This document shows, piece by piece, positions 1-12,461 of a stretch of DNA of 64,000 nt. Position 1 is the first letter of the stretch. Each line of letters opens with the position of its first letter. Made by a program: the position numbers and the translations under genes. Origin of the DNA: Ancylonema sp. (taxonomy: Eukaryota); assembly GCA_050230475.1 (NCBI GenBank), contig JBFLGF010000038.1:1-64000 (forward strand), given 5' to 3'. Under the pieces are notes generated by a model, which saw only the letters and a list, made by a program, of their open reading frames with translations, had not been told where the DNA came from and searched no databases.

Positions 1-189
1 TACTCAGGGATCTGCACCTGACCCTGATGCATTGTTCGCATTATTCACCACAAGATTACCTACTACTGGTGATCATGTCTTATCTTCACCTCCTAGTTCT
101 CCCACTCAACCACGGCAGACTTTTGTCATGTTCTTATACAAACTCGTATGCTGCTGTTTCCTAGCTACTTCACAAGCGTTCCACAGCTT

Positions 190-370
190 GGGGGGGGGGG
201 AGTGAGAGCAGCCGGACCACCAAGTCCACCTGAGACCCTTCGATCACCTACGAACATCAACAATACCAACCCAGTCGACATCATCACTACACCATCGCGT
301 GCACATGCATCATTCTGAGAAACATCCGGGAACATATCATTTTAGGCGGCCGACTCCAAACAGCACGTCA
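190..370 (+). mobile_element. Possible polypurine tract plus 3' LTR of an LTR retroelement entering from the left
   Basis: G11AG run followed by TG at 203 and a CA end near 370. No partner LTR in the window. Confidence 0.25.
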
Positions 371-514
371 TGAGTGCTACTATGGGTAGAAGAGGACAAT
401 TAGGGTAGAACATGTACGGAGTGGGACCAAATAGATAGGGGTAGGAAATGGTGGTGGGAATAGGGTTACGTAAAATGGAAACAAGAATACCATCCTACCA
501 CTTAGGCCGGAATA

Positions 515-1080
515 CCATATTGGGCACCGAAAATGATTTTTGTTTATTGAAAAAAAAACAGTAACGAATTTTAATATAAATCAATCCAGGATTCCGCTAG
601 TTGATATCGATGATTTCTGAAAATGATACTAGGAATCCGTTAGTTAGTAGCAATGATTTTTTTGGGAATGATCCCGGATTGTAGGAGTAAAAAGCATATA
701 AGATCTCCTCATTCGTGAACTACAATTCAAATGATTCGCCCATGTCGACCCGCATATGGGTGACTCTATTTTTTATAACGTAGATATGGACGAAGATATG
801 GAGTGCACGTGGTAGGCACTCGTACTAGTCGCGAGTGCCTACCACGTGCACTTACGACGTCAAAATCTCGTTCAGAAATGTGCGTTTTGTGCGTGTCGTG
901 TAGCCCATTATATCACACTTAGAGTCACATATAAGTGACCCCAAATATCCCGAAAATGATTCCTGAAACGGGATTTATTAACAATTTAAGTATCCTTTCT
1001 CTACCTTTCTATAATTTATATAACCGGTCACTTTCGGGTTTCAATGATCCACTACAAATTATTAACGGTGCCTAGTACGG
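515..1080. mobile_element. Non-autonomous Tc1/mariner-type element (TA TSD)
   Basis: TA|CCATATTGGGCACCG ... CGGTGCCTAGTACGG|TA imperfect TIRs; same family as 35019-35290. Confidence 0.65.
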
Positions 1081-2405
1081 TAGGGTAACCGCCGTCCTAC
1101 GAGGGAGGAGAGTGATTGAAACCGAGGGTAGGTAGGAAAACACATACACTTCGAGGACCTCGCGGTTGTCATCGATGAGCAATGGGACAAGTCAACCTCA
1201 CCGTTCCCCAAATTTACAAGCAGGACGGCAACAATACCAGCAACAACAAAAAATAAATTACAAGGTAGACACTCGTTGCCAACCCAACAAGATAGTACCA
1301 ACTGGTGGCTTCCATTAGACACGCAACATGCTAAAATAGTGAGTTGGTCAATCACAGTTGCGTCCCGGACCGTCCGAAGATCTCCGGACGCGTCCGGGAC
1401 GCATCTGGGCCCGGATGCGTCCCGAATGCGTCCTGGACCCGGACGCCACAGCCAAAATCTGATATCCATACATTTGGAACCTCCAGATTTGTGCAAATTG
1501 ACCCGCCTAATGGCCTACCAGTAGCAGTAATGGTAAACCTAATATTCGACCAATCAATGGTCGGAAGTTGAGGAAACGTGATTGTGGCCTGAGTCCAGGC
1601 CCAATCCATCCAAACTAAGCATGCTGGACTTCTTAGAGTGGTTGTAGGACACGGAGTATCAACTCTTGTTTATGCCTTGTTTTTTGGCATCTCTGTATAC
1701 AGTCTAGAAGTTCTTTATTTTACCCACACGTCTTGACACATAGATCTGGCTGAAAGAAAGCAACTCAAGTGGGAGACAAAGAAAGCTTGGAGTGGGAGTT
1801 CGAAGTCACACTCTGATGGCCCATCAGAGTGTGACCCATCAAGTAGTGACCCATCAGTGATGGGTCACTACCCTGATGGTCAACAAAGATTACCACACAA
1901 TATCTTGATAGATAGAGAAAGAAGGACAAAAGGCTAAATATATATGGTCAAACAATTTAGTGTCTTCCAAAGTTGTTGCAGAAAAAATCGAGAAGAAATT
2001 GGATGCAAGTTGCTCATTCATCCCCCATACCTTAACGATTTAAAGACCTCTATAGATAAGACCTCTATCCATTTAGCCCAAAATAATGCTGAATAATTTG
2101 ACACTCCTGCATTGCATGCAGCTCAAAACGTAGATCCATCAACACTACTACAATCCATGCCAAATAAAGAAACATTGCTGCACATCCCGCCATAGCAAGC
2201 CATATTCGTACTTCATACAATGACGTGGTTCCTCTCGATGGCTGATGGTTGATGCTGTATTCCCGTACCATATCAAAAGCAAATGGCGCATGCTCTCTCT
2301 AAAGGACTGTTGTGACGGTTCTCTAGTCTAATGCTCCTTGATTTCTGTAAACTAGTGATCCTTGAAGCTCATGATTGCTGGCAGTTCTCTTCGACTCTTC
2401 CCCAT

Positions 2406-5400
2406 CTAAACTGCTTTAAGAACAACCGGCATTCCAAAATTCTGAAAAACTTGGATCTCTCCACTGTGGCTGGCTGTCAATATAACAGCACCGAGCAGAC
2501 TTCCATGAGCTTCCTGAACATCGCCTGCCCCCGACTGTCCCAATGCTTGCTTGGAAACAGCCTCTGCTTCTTTGGCTGCTCTTTCTCCGGGAAATTGAAA
2601 CCCAGGCCAGAACATTGTACACACAACCTGGTCGACAGCAAATCTTTCGTGTCCCTGACGTGTCTCCTTCTGTTTGCTGCTGTATCGCGAATGAAGGTCA
2701 TGGCTGTCTGAAGTACTCCATACGAAGACATTAGAGTCCTCGCTCGCACATGCAATATGGCTCCCACTGGGACTGAACACAGCCTTTGTCATGGTGTGCG
2801 TTGACTTGTGCCCTGTCAATCAGCAAGACAGCAAGTCAGCATGTTAGATGCCTACTAACCAAGAACGTACCAAAGTGATTTCTGAAGACTTCGCAAGTTA
2901 GCGGCTTAAGGTCGGAGTATTTCACATGTTGCCCTGCTGGGCGACATATAAATGTATGCAGTGATCCACAGCACGGGATCACTATCCGAACTTATCTCCT
3001 CCCACTTAAAGGACCAATCAGCTTTACGGCAACAGAACAGGCACCGGCAAGGCAATCTGCACCTTAAGCTCCCATCAATGACTCAAACTAGCTCAACGCT
3101 ACAGCTCTCTATGTGTGGCTTCAGATATGACACCTTTGTACTTGCAGACCAACTTCGTTTCATCATATACGCGCAGCCTTGAGTCAATTGTAGTCATAAG
3201 CGTGAGATCTCGATAGCACTGCACCCAAACACATTGTCATTTTAGACACCTGATAGATCACTCATATTTTCACCCGCATACATGCGAATGAGAGGCAAAC
3301 CAAGGGCTCAAACCACATGCAGTTGAGCAACAAGAAAAGCAGACCGCTCAGTATTTGGCAAAAACTGACCTCCAGACCAACAACTCTGGGTCCTCCGCCC
3401 TCCATTGCACTGGAGCCCCTTACTTCAGTCTTGCTAATGAGTTTCAGCTCGTGGCCTGCGACCATTTGCATAAAGGAAATTGAAGTCAAACCAACATCAA
3501 AGACGGTAAGAGGACTTTCGTTCACGCTTCTCACCTTCCAGATCGTAATTGCGTAGGATTCCTTGAGCCGATCCAACGACAATACCCTGCAGGTGACGAT
3601 GACAGCTTTGAAGAAGAAATTCAAATGTGAAGTACAAGGATTGGTGTACAACCTGTTTATTAACAAATCTTCAACTATAAGCCAGATACTCTTGGCCGAT
3701 TGTCCTTGACCTGTGAATAAATACAGGCAAGAACACTAATCGCCATCTGCATGCTTTTCAACTTTTGTCACAGTCATACCCCAATTCGCACACAATTGCC
3801 GTCACTTGCATGGGAAAGCTCAGATGCTCAGCTCACCTGACCCTCTGGTTTGAACGCAACAGCTGTGTGCATCTCTTTGAAGTCAGCAAGTGCCTCGACA
3901 GCACCATTTGTCCCATTCCACACCCGGGTACTTTTATCCAGGCTTGAGCTTGCGAAGATGCTGAAATCTGATGGACTGAAGGCCACCCTCGTCACTGGAA
4001 TACAAAGAAAAGAAACGACGATGTCAGGAAGTAAACTTCGAAAGATTGATACAGTTGCAATACTTCAGTCATCGATCCCATCAACATTCCATCATTGCCC
4101 TCTGCACTGCCAAAGCTTACCGTAGTCATCATGTTCCAATTTTCGAAAGCACTCTCCTGTGACAACGTGCCAAAGGTGCACATATTTATCCATACTGGCT
4201 GATACCACCCAGTCCTGCAGAAAGCCAGGAGTTCGCACACAATTATTGAATTTGCAATATCAATAAGACATTGCAGATATACTGTCACGATTGGCAAACT
4301 GGGGGCTACGGTGCAATATCACCTGATACGACATCGCTACAGTAGCCAACTTGACATCCATTCTCCAATAAATCTAGCAACTTCAATGCCGGCCAAACAA
4401 GGGATAATTACTTTAAATGTTTACCGAAGGAATCGCAACATTCTCACCGAGTTGTGCGACCAAGCAACATCTACAATCTCCTCAGTGTGTCCTTTGTAAC
4501 ACTGGCGCGGCTGCTCTTTCAGGCTGAATGGCGTGCACAGAGAAAGTGAACCCCAGTGTCCTTCACCTTCCACAGGGCTAGGACCACCTTCCACCTTAAA
4601 ATCACTTGCAATTACTCGGAGTGGGATATTTTTCCCTGCAGATGGGATATTTTTTCCTGTTGCTTGCTTCTCATTGAAGCTGCTCTGGTTGCCAGTTCCG
4701 TGGCTCCTGCTCCAGGACTTTCTGCCATCAGATGTGTCAGAACTGGTTTTTGAAGGACTGGCATGTCCGGATTGGGCAGGGGACAAGCCAGCGGGAGCAA
4801 TTGGTGACGCAACTTCCCAAACACGGACCACACGGTCACGACCAGCCGTGGCTAATAATCTACCATTGTGGTTAAAAGCCATCGCCCAGATTGCCCCATC
4901 GTGCCCCTTGATTCTCTGCATATTTCTCAAATCTGTCAGTTCTTTGCATGATTTCTTATGCACTCTCACACCGACTTTCGACTGCTTCATGTCTCCTATT
5001 CCCTCTCCTGCAAAATCTACCTCCACACTATTTTGACAGACCAAAGTTCCAGAATCTCCACCATCTGTCACCCCGAACTTTGCGTTGTAGACCTCCCATT
5101 CACTCTCACTGACTGCAGATGTTCCTTTTCCGGTGTTACTTGTGAGCCCTGAATTTTCCTGTGCTGATGGTCCACTATCTTGCATGGCTTTCGGTTTGGC
5201 TGATGATCCATAACCTGTTGCACCACGAATGACTCTGAACTGACTTCTTAACCACCCCCGTGGCTTCTTCAGTACTCCGCCTTCCCTCTTCCGGATGCCC
5301 CTACTCAGTGCTGTAGGAGCATCTGCACGATCGCCTGCTCTCGACTCACTCCCTCGGCCCATAGAACTTTCATTAACAGCTCCCATTCCCTCTTCAGAGC

Positions 5401-6250
5401 GAACGCCAGCGGATTCAGAATAAAGCGTTGTGGATGCATATGGAGATTCTAGCAGTTCGCTGTCGGTCGGGTCGGGATCTCTGCGGTGGAACCCTTGTAA
5501 CAAGTCCGCCCTGTCAATTACCGCTGCTCTGCCACTGGCCAATGCATCCGTAACGGATGCATCCGAAACATCCCCAAACGTACGTCCTTCCTGTCGCGTA
5601 AAGTGGCTTGGTAACCCAGAAGCTGCTTTCCTGTCCTCGCTCTGGCGGTGATAATTTTCTCGACGCATCTTCCACAATGTGTTCACAGTTAAGTCGTCGT
5701 TTAGTATGTTCACCACGCTCTCCTCTGTGACACGAGCGTGCTGCTGAGGTGCACCAAGAGCAGAATGCACTACTCGATTGGACCTGATGGCCGAAGTGGA
5801 CGACAAAAACTCGCTCTCATCTTTTGTTGAGAGAGGGTGAAGTTTTGGCGACGATACCCGAAATCTCCTCGGTGAACATGCCTGAACTTTTGGAGAAGCT
5901 GCGCGAGGACTCGGAGATTGCATGCCTAATGATTTCAACTGCTTCTGGACATCTGGAATCAGCCATGCTTGGAGAGACGGAGTGAAACCAGGATCCAAGG
6001 ATTCCTCTGCAGAAGAGTGTCCTACTGTTACGTCGCGGGTACTCAGACTTCTTGGCAGATTCTGCGCAACGCAGACGTTTTCACGTTCCTGTCCTGACTC
6101 GGCTTCAGTTTGGCGGTCGGGCGCTCGGGGTAATTCGGCTTCAGTTTTCTTCTTGCCATCACCTCGCTTCCACATACCAGTTGAGAGACCACGGACACGA
6201 GACCAGGCTTTCTGCACCAGGTCCCCATACGATTTCCCTTTTGGCTCCAT
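2406..6250 (-). CDS. WD40-repeat protein, WDR44/rabphilin-11-like (~894 aa, 7 exons: 6250-4448, 4214-4121, 3994-3837, 3586-3535, 3455-3370, 3218-3134, 2812-2406)
   Basis: Long low-complexity N-terminus followed by WD repeats (GHDGAIWAMAFNHNGRLLATAGRDRVVRVW; GHTEEIVDVAWS..SASMDKYVHLW; HDDYVTRVAF..SSSLDKSTRVW; DSRLRVYD; GHKS..ASEDSNVFVW). Also KVGVRVHKKSCKELTDL and C-terminal IQVFQNFGMPV, typical of plant WDR44-like proteins. All introns GT-AG with consistent phases. Confidence 0.88.
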
Positions 6251-6640
6251 GCCAACGTGGCGATCCTTCTGCTTGTCTGCTTACCAGACAATTTAGTCAA
6301 CAAGTCCTTCCTGCATCCAGTCCGATGTGGCTATCACTTTTGCTTAGCTGTTTCAGCAAAAGTGACATGGCTATCGTACTACAGACCCGGTGGCGATTTT
6401 GCTCCCCTGCATGTCAGCTCAGATGAGAAAGGACAAAAGCGCGAACTAAAATGCCACTACCCGTAGCAAGGCCCACGCAAAATAAACAACTTGGGCGCCC
6501 GAAATAACAAATCACTACCCGGAGTTCAGGGGCGAAATTGCAAACGAAGGCTAATAATCTCGGCTTCTTACTGACAAATGTAATTGAATGTACAGATTTC
6601 AAAGATGAAGCGTGCATCGGGATCGATGCTCCATGATGTG

Positions 6641-6701
6641 CCACGTGGTAGTTCACCACCAGAAACATCTGCTCACGTGGCAAGAATTTGGACTACGTGG
6701 C
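6641..6701. promoter_or_regulatory. Cluster of G-box/ACGT elements in the divergent WD40/HY2 promoter
   Basis: CCACGTGG (6641), CACGTGGC (6674) and TACGTGGC (6694) within 60 bp, about 270-330 bp upstream of the HY2 ATG, inside the 716-bp head-to-head intergenic region. Confidence 0.4.
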
Positions 6702-6966
6702 CACTAGAATTTATTGGCGTGGTCCAGGTTTTAGGGTCGCATTAGTTTTTAGGGTTAGGCTGGACTTCCGTCGAGAGGACTGGACAATAGACTACGGGGC
6801 GCCTGCTCTGACATCTGACAGGGCTGGTTAATGTCAGACTCTTGACACGGCCACTGCATCGACTGCAGCGCTGCTCATAGTTTCTGTACGGTGTGCGTTT
6901 TTTTTTTTTTTTCACACCACAAAATTTCAGCTTGTCAGGGCATGCCACGGATTTCTCGGCACAAAT

Positions 6967-9900
6967 ATGGATGCTTCTGCTCGCTTAGGTAGGATGAATG
7001 CGTTCGCACCCATCACCTATTCGAGACCAGCGTCTGTCCGCACCGAGGCCCTGCTGTCACGTATTCAGAAACGAGCAACAAAACTGCAGTTGAGGCCTTT
7101 CGTGCATCGGCGTTCTCATTTTCGAGAGTTCAGTTCTCTTCCGAGCACGACTCAAACTTGCGCCCCCTGCTCTCCACGTCTCCGCTCGGAAGCGACGGCT
7201 GAATCACCCCTCAGTACAGATTCCTCGCCGACTGACCATTTGACCGAATGTGAAAGGGATCCTCTCGAGAGTGCTGGCGAGGGGCTGTACACTCCGTTTG
7301 TAGATTACTGTGTCAGAGCCATGAGCGACAGAATGGATGTCACTCCTTTTCCTATAAAGGTACAGTATGCTGCGGGGAGGTGGACAATTCGTAAAATCGG
7401 TCCATATACAGACGTTTCTGCCTTCAGTAAACATATTGCCCTCGCCACCGTATGTTCACTGTAATCCACTACACTACATGGACTGATATTCTCGTCCGAT
7501 ATTTTTTCTTCTTAGTTCCTCTGCTTCGTTTCCTCACGGCGTTTCCTTGTGCGTTCTTTTCTCCTCTTCTGCAGCCATCCCACCGAGTGTTGCATGGTGT
7601 GGATGGGTCAGTGAGTCGAAGCACTGCTCTACAGTCGCGAAAACTAAGGATGATGCGCTCAGCTGACATCAGCGCTGGGCCCAACTTGCAGGTCTCACTA
7701 CTAACCATGGGCCAATTTATGTGTTTGGCTCATTTTTATTTAATTTTTTTGTTTGTTTTCGTTTTTTTTTTTTTTTTTTTTTTTTCCTCCCTCCTTGTTT
7801 ATGAGTACTTTGTTCCTTCTTACATTATCCGCGATTTATCAAATATATTTTTATTTCGTATTTCTCACCTCCTTTTTAATGTTGTTTTTACTCCTTTTTT
7901 ACATTCTGTCCATAAACTTAATGCGGTGTCATGTAAACCTCTCTTTGTGGTAAAAAATCGGCTTTACAAGCATGCAGAATACGAGTGTTCATGCTCTCCC
8001 AAAAACAAAAACATATATGTATTGTTTTTCAACGCATTGCTGCATTCTCACCGTATTGAATACTGAATTCATACAGTAGTTCTCAGTTTTTGCTTATGAT
8101 AAGGCATTGGTTTCGGTGGTACTTCTTTCATATATTCCTGTACGGATGCATATGAGATGCCACATAATGCCCTATCTTCATCTTCATATGTGTGTGTATC
8201 TCTATGTGCAGCTGTTCATAACCATCTCAGAATCGCTCGTGACAGCTTATCTGTATAAAAGTATGCATACGTAGGTGTTCTGTATGAAAATATGCAAATG
8301 TGTGTTTGTAGGTATATGTGTGTATGTATTTATATCTGTGTGTGTGTACGTATGTGTTTGTGTCTGTGCAAGGGGAACATGTGTGTATTATGTGTGTACG
8401 TATGTATGTTGGAATAAAATTATTCATGAATGTTTTTATTATTGTGCTGGTGTGTATATCCGTATGCATGTGTGTACATGTGTATGTATGTATGTATATA
8501 CGACATGTGTATATGTGGGACTCCATACTTATATATTTATACCCACATGTACTTCTATGACACGACTCTATTTCTTTTTTTCTTTCATCCTTTCCGTCAC
8601 CTCAGGTTCTAAACCTCGTCATCTTCCCCCGCCCCGAGTACGACCTCCCCTTCTTCTGCGCCGACCTCGTCACCTTCCCCAAAGGACACCTTGTAGTGCT
8701 GTGAGTGACGCACACGTGGCACGCTGGGGCTCATGCCACCTGTCCTCTGCCACCTGTCAACTATGCACTCACTCTCTTTGCGGTGAAGAAAGGGGGAGAT
8801 TGTTCAGTTCCCAAACCCCCTCTGTTTCTTTCACCTGGTCCCATCGCTATCCCCACCCCCCCCCTTACTTTCACCTGGCTCCCTTCTTATCGCTGCCCCC
8901 TCTGTTCACCACTATCCACCTCTGCCCCCTTCCCGTCCCTCCCCCCCTTGGAATGATACCCAAAAAAAAAAAAAAACCCAAAATGAAAAAAATAAAAAAC
9001 AAAAATAAACATGAAAACTGAAAAAAATAATAAAAAATGTGAGGATAACGAATTCCTGTGTAGTGCATCCGACCTTAACTCACCCCAACTGCTGTGGTGG
9101 GTGGCGGGTGGTGTGCAGTGATTTGAACCCCCTCTTCTCTTCGGAATCCTACTTGTCGACATACATCGCTCCCGTCCTGCCAGCTTGCGCGAGACATGCA
9201 CAGGTGGCGTGCCCCATTTGCCACCTGTCGCCTTCTCACACGTCCAAACGTGCTCATAGATGGGACCTTTGTTCAGGGCGGTTTTTCTCTTCCTCTTTCT
9301 TCTCTTATTCTCTGTTTCGCCCCCTTTACTGACGTAATCATGGATGATGGACTCTGAAGTTGACCTGAACCTGAACTAGAACCCACAACACAACCAGAAC
9401 CTGAACCTACATCAGAACCTGAACCTGACCCTGAACCTGAACCGTAACTTTCCACCTGGTCCCTGCAGCACCTCCCCTGGGGAGGGGAGTTCACTGCCGA
9501 AGCCCTCCAGTTCTTTTCTCCTGCCCTCATCTGGGCTCGCCTCCCCCTAACGGACGACGTCCAGACGTCCGTTTTCGATTGTTACAAGGAATACCTCCAG
9601 GTAAGCACCCTCCCCAAACTAGCTCTCTACTCTACAATAAAAAACCTTTATAACGGGTACCCGTATCTGTGTGCAGCTGTGGCTGGACATGGTGGAAAAC
9701 GCGGTTCCGGTTACGGACCCGGAACGGATAACCGCGGTGAAAGAGGCGCAGCACCGATACATGTGCTGGAGATGCGAAAAGGTGTCCATTTTCGGACCCT
9801 ACCCCTGAAAAAAAAATCCGGAGTGAACAAGGACCCCTATAAAGACTATCCGTTATATTGAATAACCTCAATACCGAATGAGAGTTGTAACGTATAAATT

Positions 9901-11191
9901 TTATCACATATGACTCTTGTCATGCATTCACACTCCAACAGATGACCATTACAACGAGTGGTTACAACAAGTGATTGGTATAACGAGTGATTGTTATAAC
10001 GAGTGACCGCTGGCCAGACAGGATACAGCGAGGGAAACGCGTTGGCAAGTGGGCCAGAAATGCACTTTTTCTGTTGGTAGTCATTCACGCCAAGGAGTGG
10101 CGTAAATGGAGGCGCATTGTGTGCGCATCTCCCACATATCAATACCGTACATATACTTCACACGTGTGTATATTACCGTCCGTCCGTCCGTCCGTCCGTC
10201 CGTCCGTCTGTCCGTTTGCACCAAGCACGTTATGTACACACAGCAACGGGAAGAGCAGTTTCATCCTGTGACCATCCATTTGTGGTACACGGGTAGCGGG
10301 TGTGATAGTTGAGCCCCGCCCCTCGGGGATTGACATAGCCACGTGTCATCTCGTGGTTGGCTCCAGGATCCCGGGCGTCCCGTGCTGACGAAGCTGTTTG
10401 GGGAGGAGAGGTGCGAGGTGAGGAGGGGGGGGGAGAGAGGAAGGGTGGGGAACGGTAGTGTGGGTTGTCTATTGGGAGGGAATGCGTGTCTGCATCGGGG
10501 TTTACGACGAGATGGAGGGGGAAGGGTGCGGTTGGGGGGGGGGATGGCGATTCGGTTTGTGAGGGGGATACAGGAGGAGTCTAGAGAGGAAACCGTTGGG
10601 AATGGTTATTGGTCTGTTGGGTATCATGCTAGTTATTATTTTGGTTGTTACGGTGGTATGTTGGTCATTAAGGTGGTTTTTGTGTTGGTTTTTATGTTGG
10701 TTTTTATGTTGGTCATCATGTTGGTTATTATGTCGGTTATTACGTTGGTTGTTATGTTGGTTATTATGTCGGTTACGATGTTGGTTATTACGTTGGTTAT
10801 TATGTCGGTTACTATGTTGGTTATTACGTTGGCTGTTATGTTGGTTACTCTCGTTGGCTGAAGGTCGTGGCCTTGAAATGAGTTCGATTTCACAGATTCG
10901 ATGCTTGTGAGGGATTGCGGTCGCCCTTCTTTGTACTCCTTCCGCCCGTCGTTGCATTCATGTGTATGTCTCTTCATGCGTTGACCTCGAATCATTCCGT
11001 TGCAGGACTACATTCACAACTTCCTTTTCGACGGCTACCAGGACTTGGGAACAAAGACCTTTCAGGACTACGTCCCGTTGTACCGCGGTCCGGATGGGTC
11101 CGTTTTGAAGAAGAGGAGCGTGGCGGGACGAGCGTACAGCACGCGGCCGTGGGATGATGAAGGGCGATTCATAGGAAATGCGGAAGAGTAG
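6967..11191 (+). CDS. HY2: Ferredoxin-dependent bilin reductase, HY2 family (phytochrome chromophore synthase), with plastid transit-like N-terminus (~387 aa, 8 exons: 6967-7359, 7575-7691, 8606-8700, 9119-9203, 9469-9600, 9677-9781, 10367-10417, 11006-11191)
   Basis: Spliced product contains FDBR motifs [57 protein letters not shown], and the HY2-type C-terminal extension [32 protein letters not shown]. All introns GT-AG, frame preserved. Confidence 0.92.
10655..10848. repeat. Intronic 12-bp minisatellite (GGTTATTATGTT-like)
   Basis: Tandem 12-mers in HY2 intron 7; these explain several spurious repetitive ORFs. Confidence 0.8.
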
Positions 11192-12461
11192 ACGTGGATC
11201 TCGATTTTAGTTGTAGACATAGATGTGAATGTAGGCGTATGTCGATAGTTCATGAAGTGTACAACGATGCACTATTACGTTTACATGTGTGTGTAAACGA
11301 CCAACTTGGGGCCCTTTTGGGTGTGTATTCACGGTTAACCGTCGAGGGGGTTCCATGTGGACGGTTGGGATATGAAGTATTGTAGTCCTAGGCAGGGGTG
11401 CAATTTGGAAAAAAGGGACAGCTTGGGAAACGCCCAAGCTCCTTCCTTGCCGAGCGTGTGTGCATGATGTAATCTTGTAGGATCGCCAATCCCTCAAGGT
11501 CCTACACTATTGCTGACAAGACGAAAAAGTAGTTCGCACTCACTTAGAAATCATAGCTTGGTTGTGGACGTTATTGTTCCAAATCCATAGCCGGAAGCGG
11601 TCCATATTCTTCCGGAATACAGAGAGAAAACAAAGGTTGGGATGGATGAAAAAAACAAAACTCTCAATCATAACCCTTGTGCTTGTGTATGTCGCTGAGT
11701 ACTTGCCATTGCACATGAGAATGCCATTTCCCTTAAGAAGTTTTCCATCATGTAAAAAAAAAAAAGTCCGATTATCATTGTGTGAAGGATACGGAGATGG
11801 TTATTGCAATGAACGCTAAAGAGTTGCGCATATGATAGCATAAGTGCAATGCGCCTTACAAATCCCTCTCTGAACAATGCATGCAGGCGGCCGAGCTCGC
11901 GGACGGCTTGTTTGGAGGGAGGAGAGGGTTGCCAACTTGGAGGATATCGATAAGTGTATCATGGTCTCATTATATCCTGTGTTCGAAAGAAGCATTGTGC
12001 CAACAATACACCATCTGTGGAAATCAAACATCGACCCCCTGGTCATTTCAACTATACCCCAAAATCACCATTCCCGGATACACAAACCATTCCAAAAAAA
12101 AACAGTGGGGTGCGAAAAACACTCGTTGGGCCTGATAGCGTGCGGCCAGGCGTAGCGTGGCGCAAGAATGTTCCGCCCGCAAGCGTGTTCATATGAGTTA
12201 GTGTGTCCCATATGTACAACATAAGTCTATTATTTTGGTAACCTCGGTATGCCATCTCCAAATTCCCAGATTCCAACACTACAAGGGTGACAGATGCTCA
12301 ACTCATCTAAATACCGTTGGAACACAAAACCCTTTCTGACTTACAGATGCACCATTAATAGTCTCCATTCAAATGTGCAAAATCGACAGCAAACATTCAG
12401 ATGCTCAAATGACGCATAGACGCATGGACGCATGGACGCATGGACGCATGGACGCGATCCA

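Noticed and set aside
10862..10970. CDK-like VVALK*VRF peptide in HY2 intron 7
   Set aside because: Contains a stop, has no other kinase motifs, and HY2 splices cleanly around it.
10343..10995. Repetitive ORFs on both strands (MLVI, NNQH, ITNV repeats)
   Set aside because: Translations of an intronic 12-bp minisatellite.
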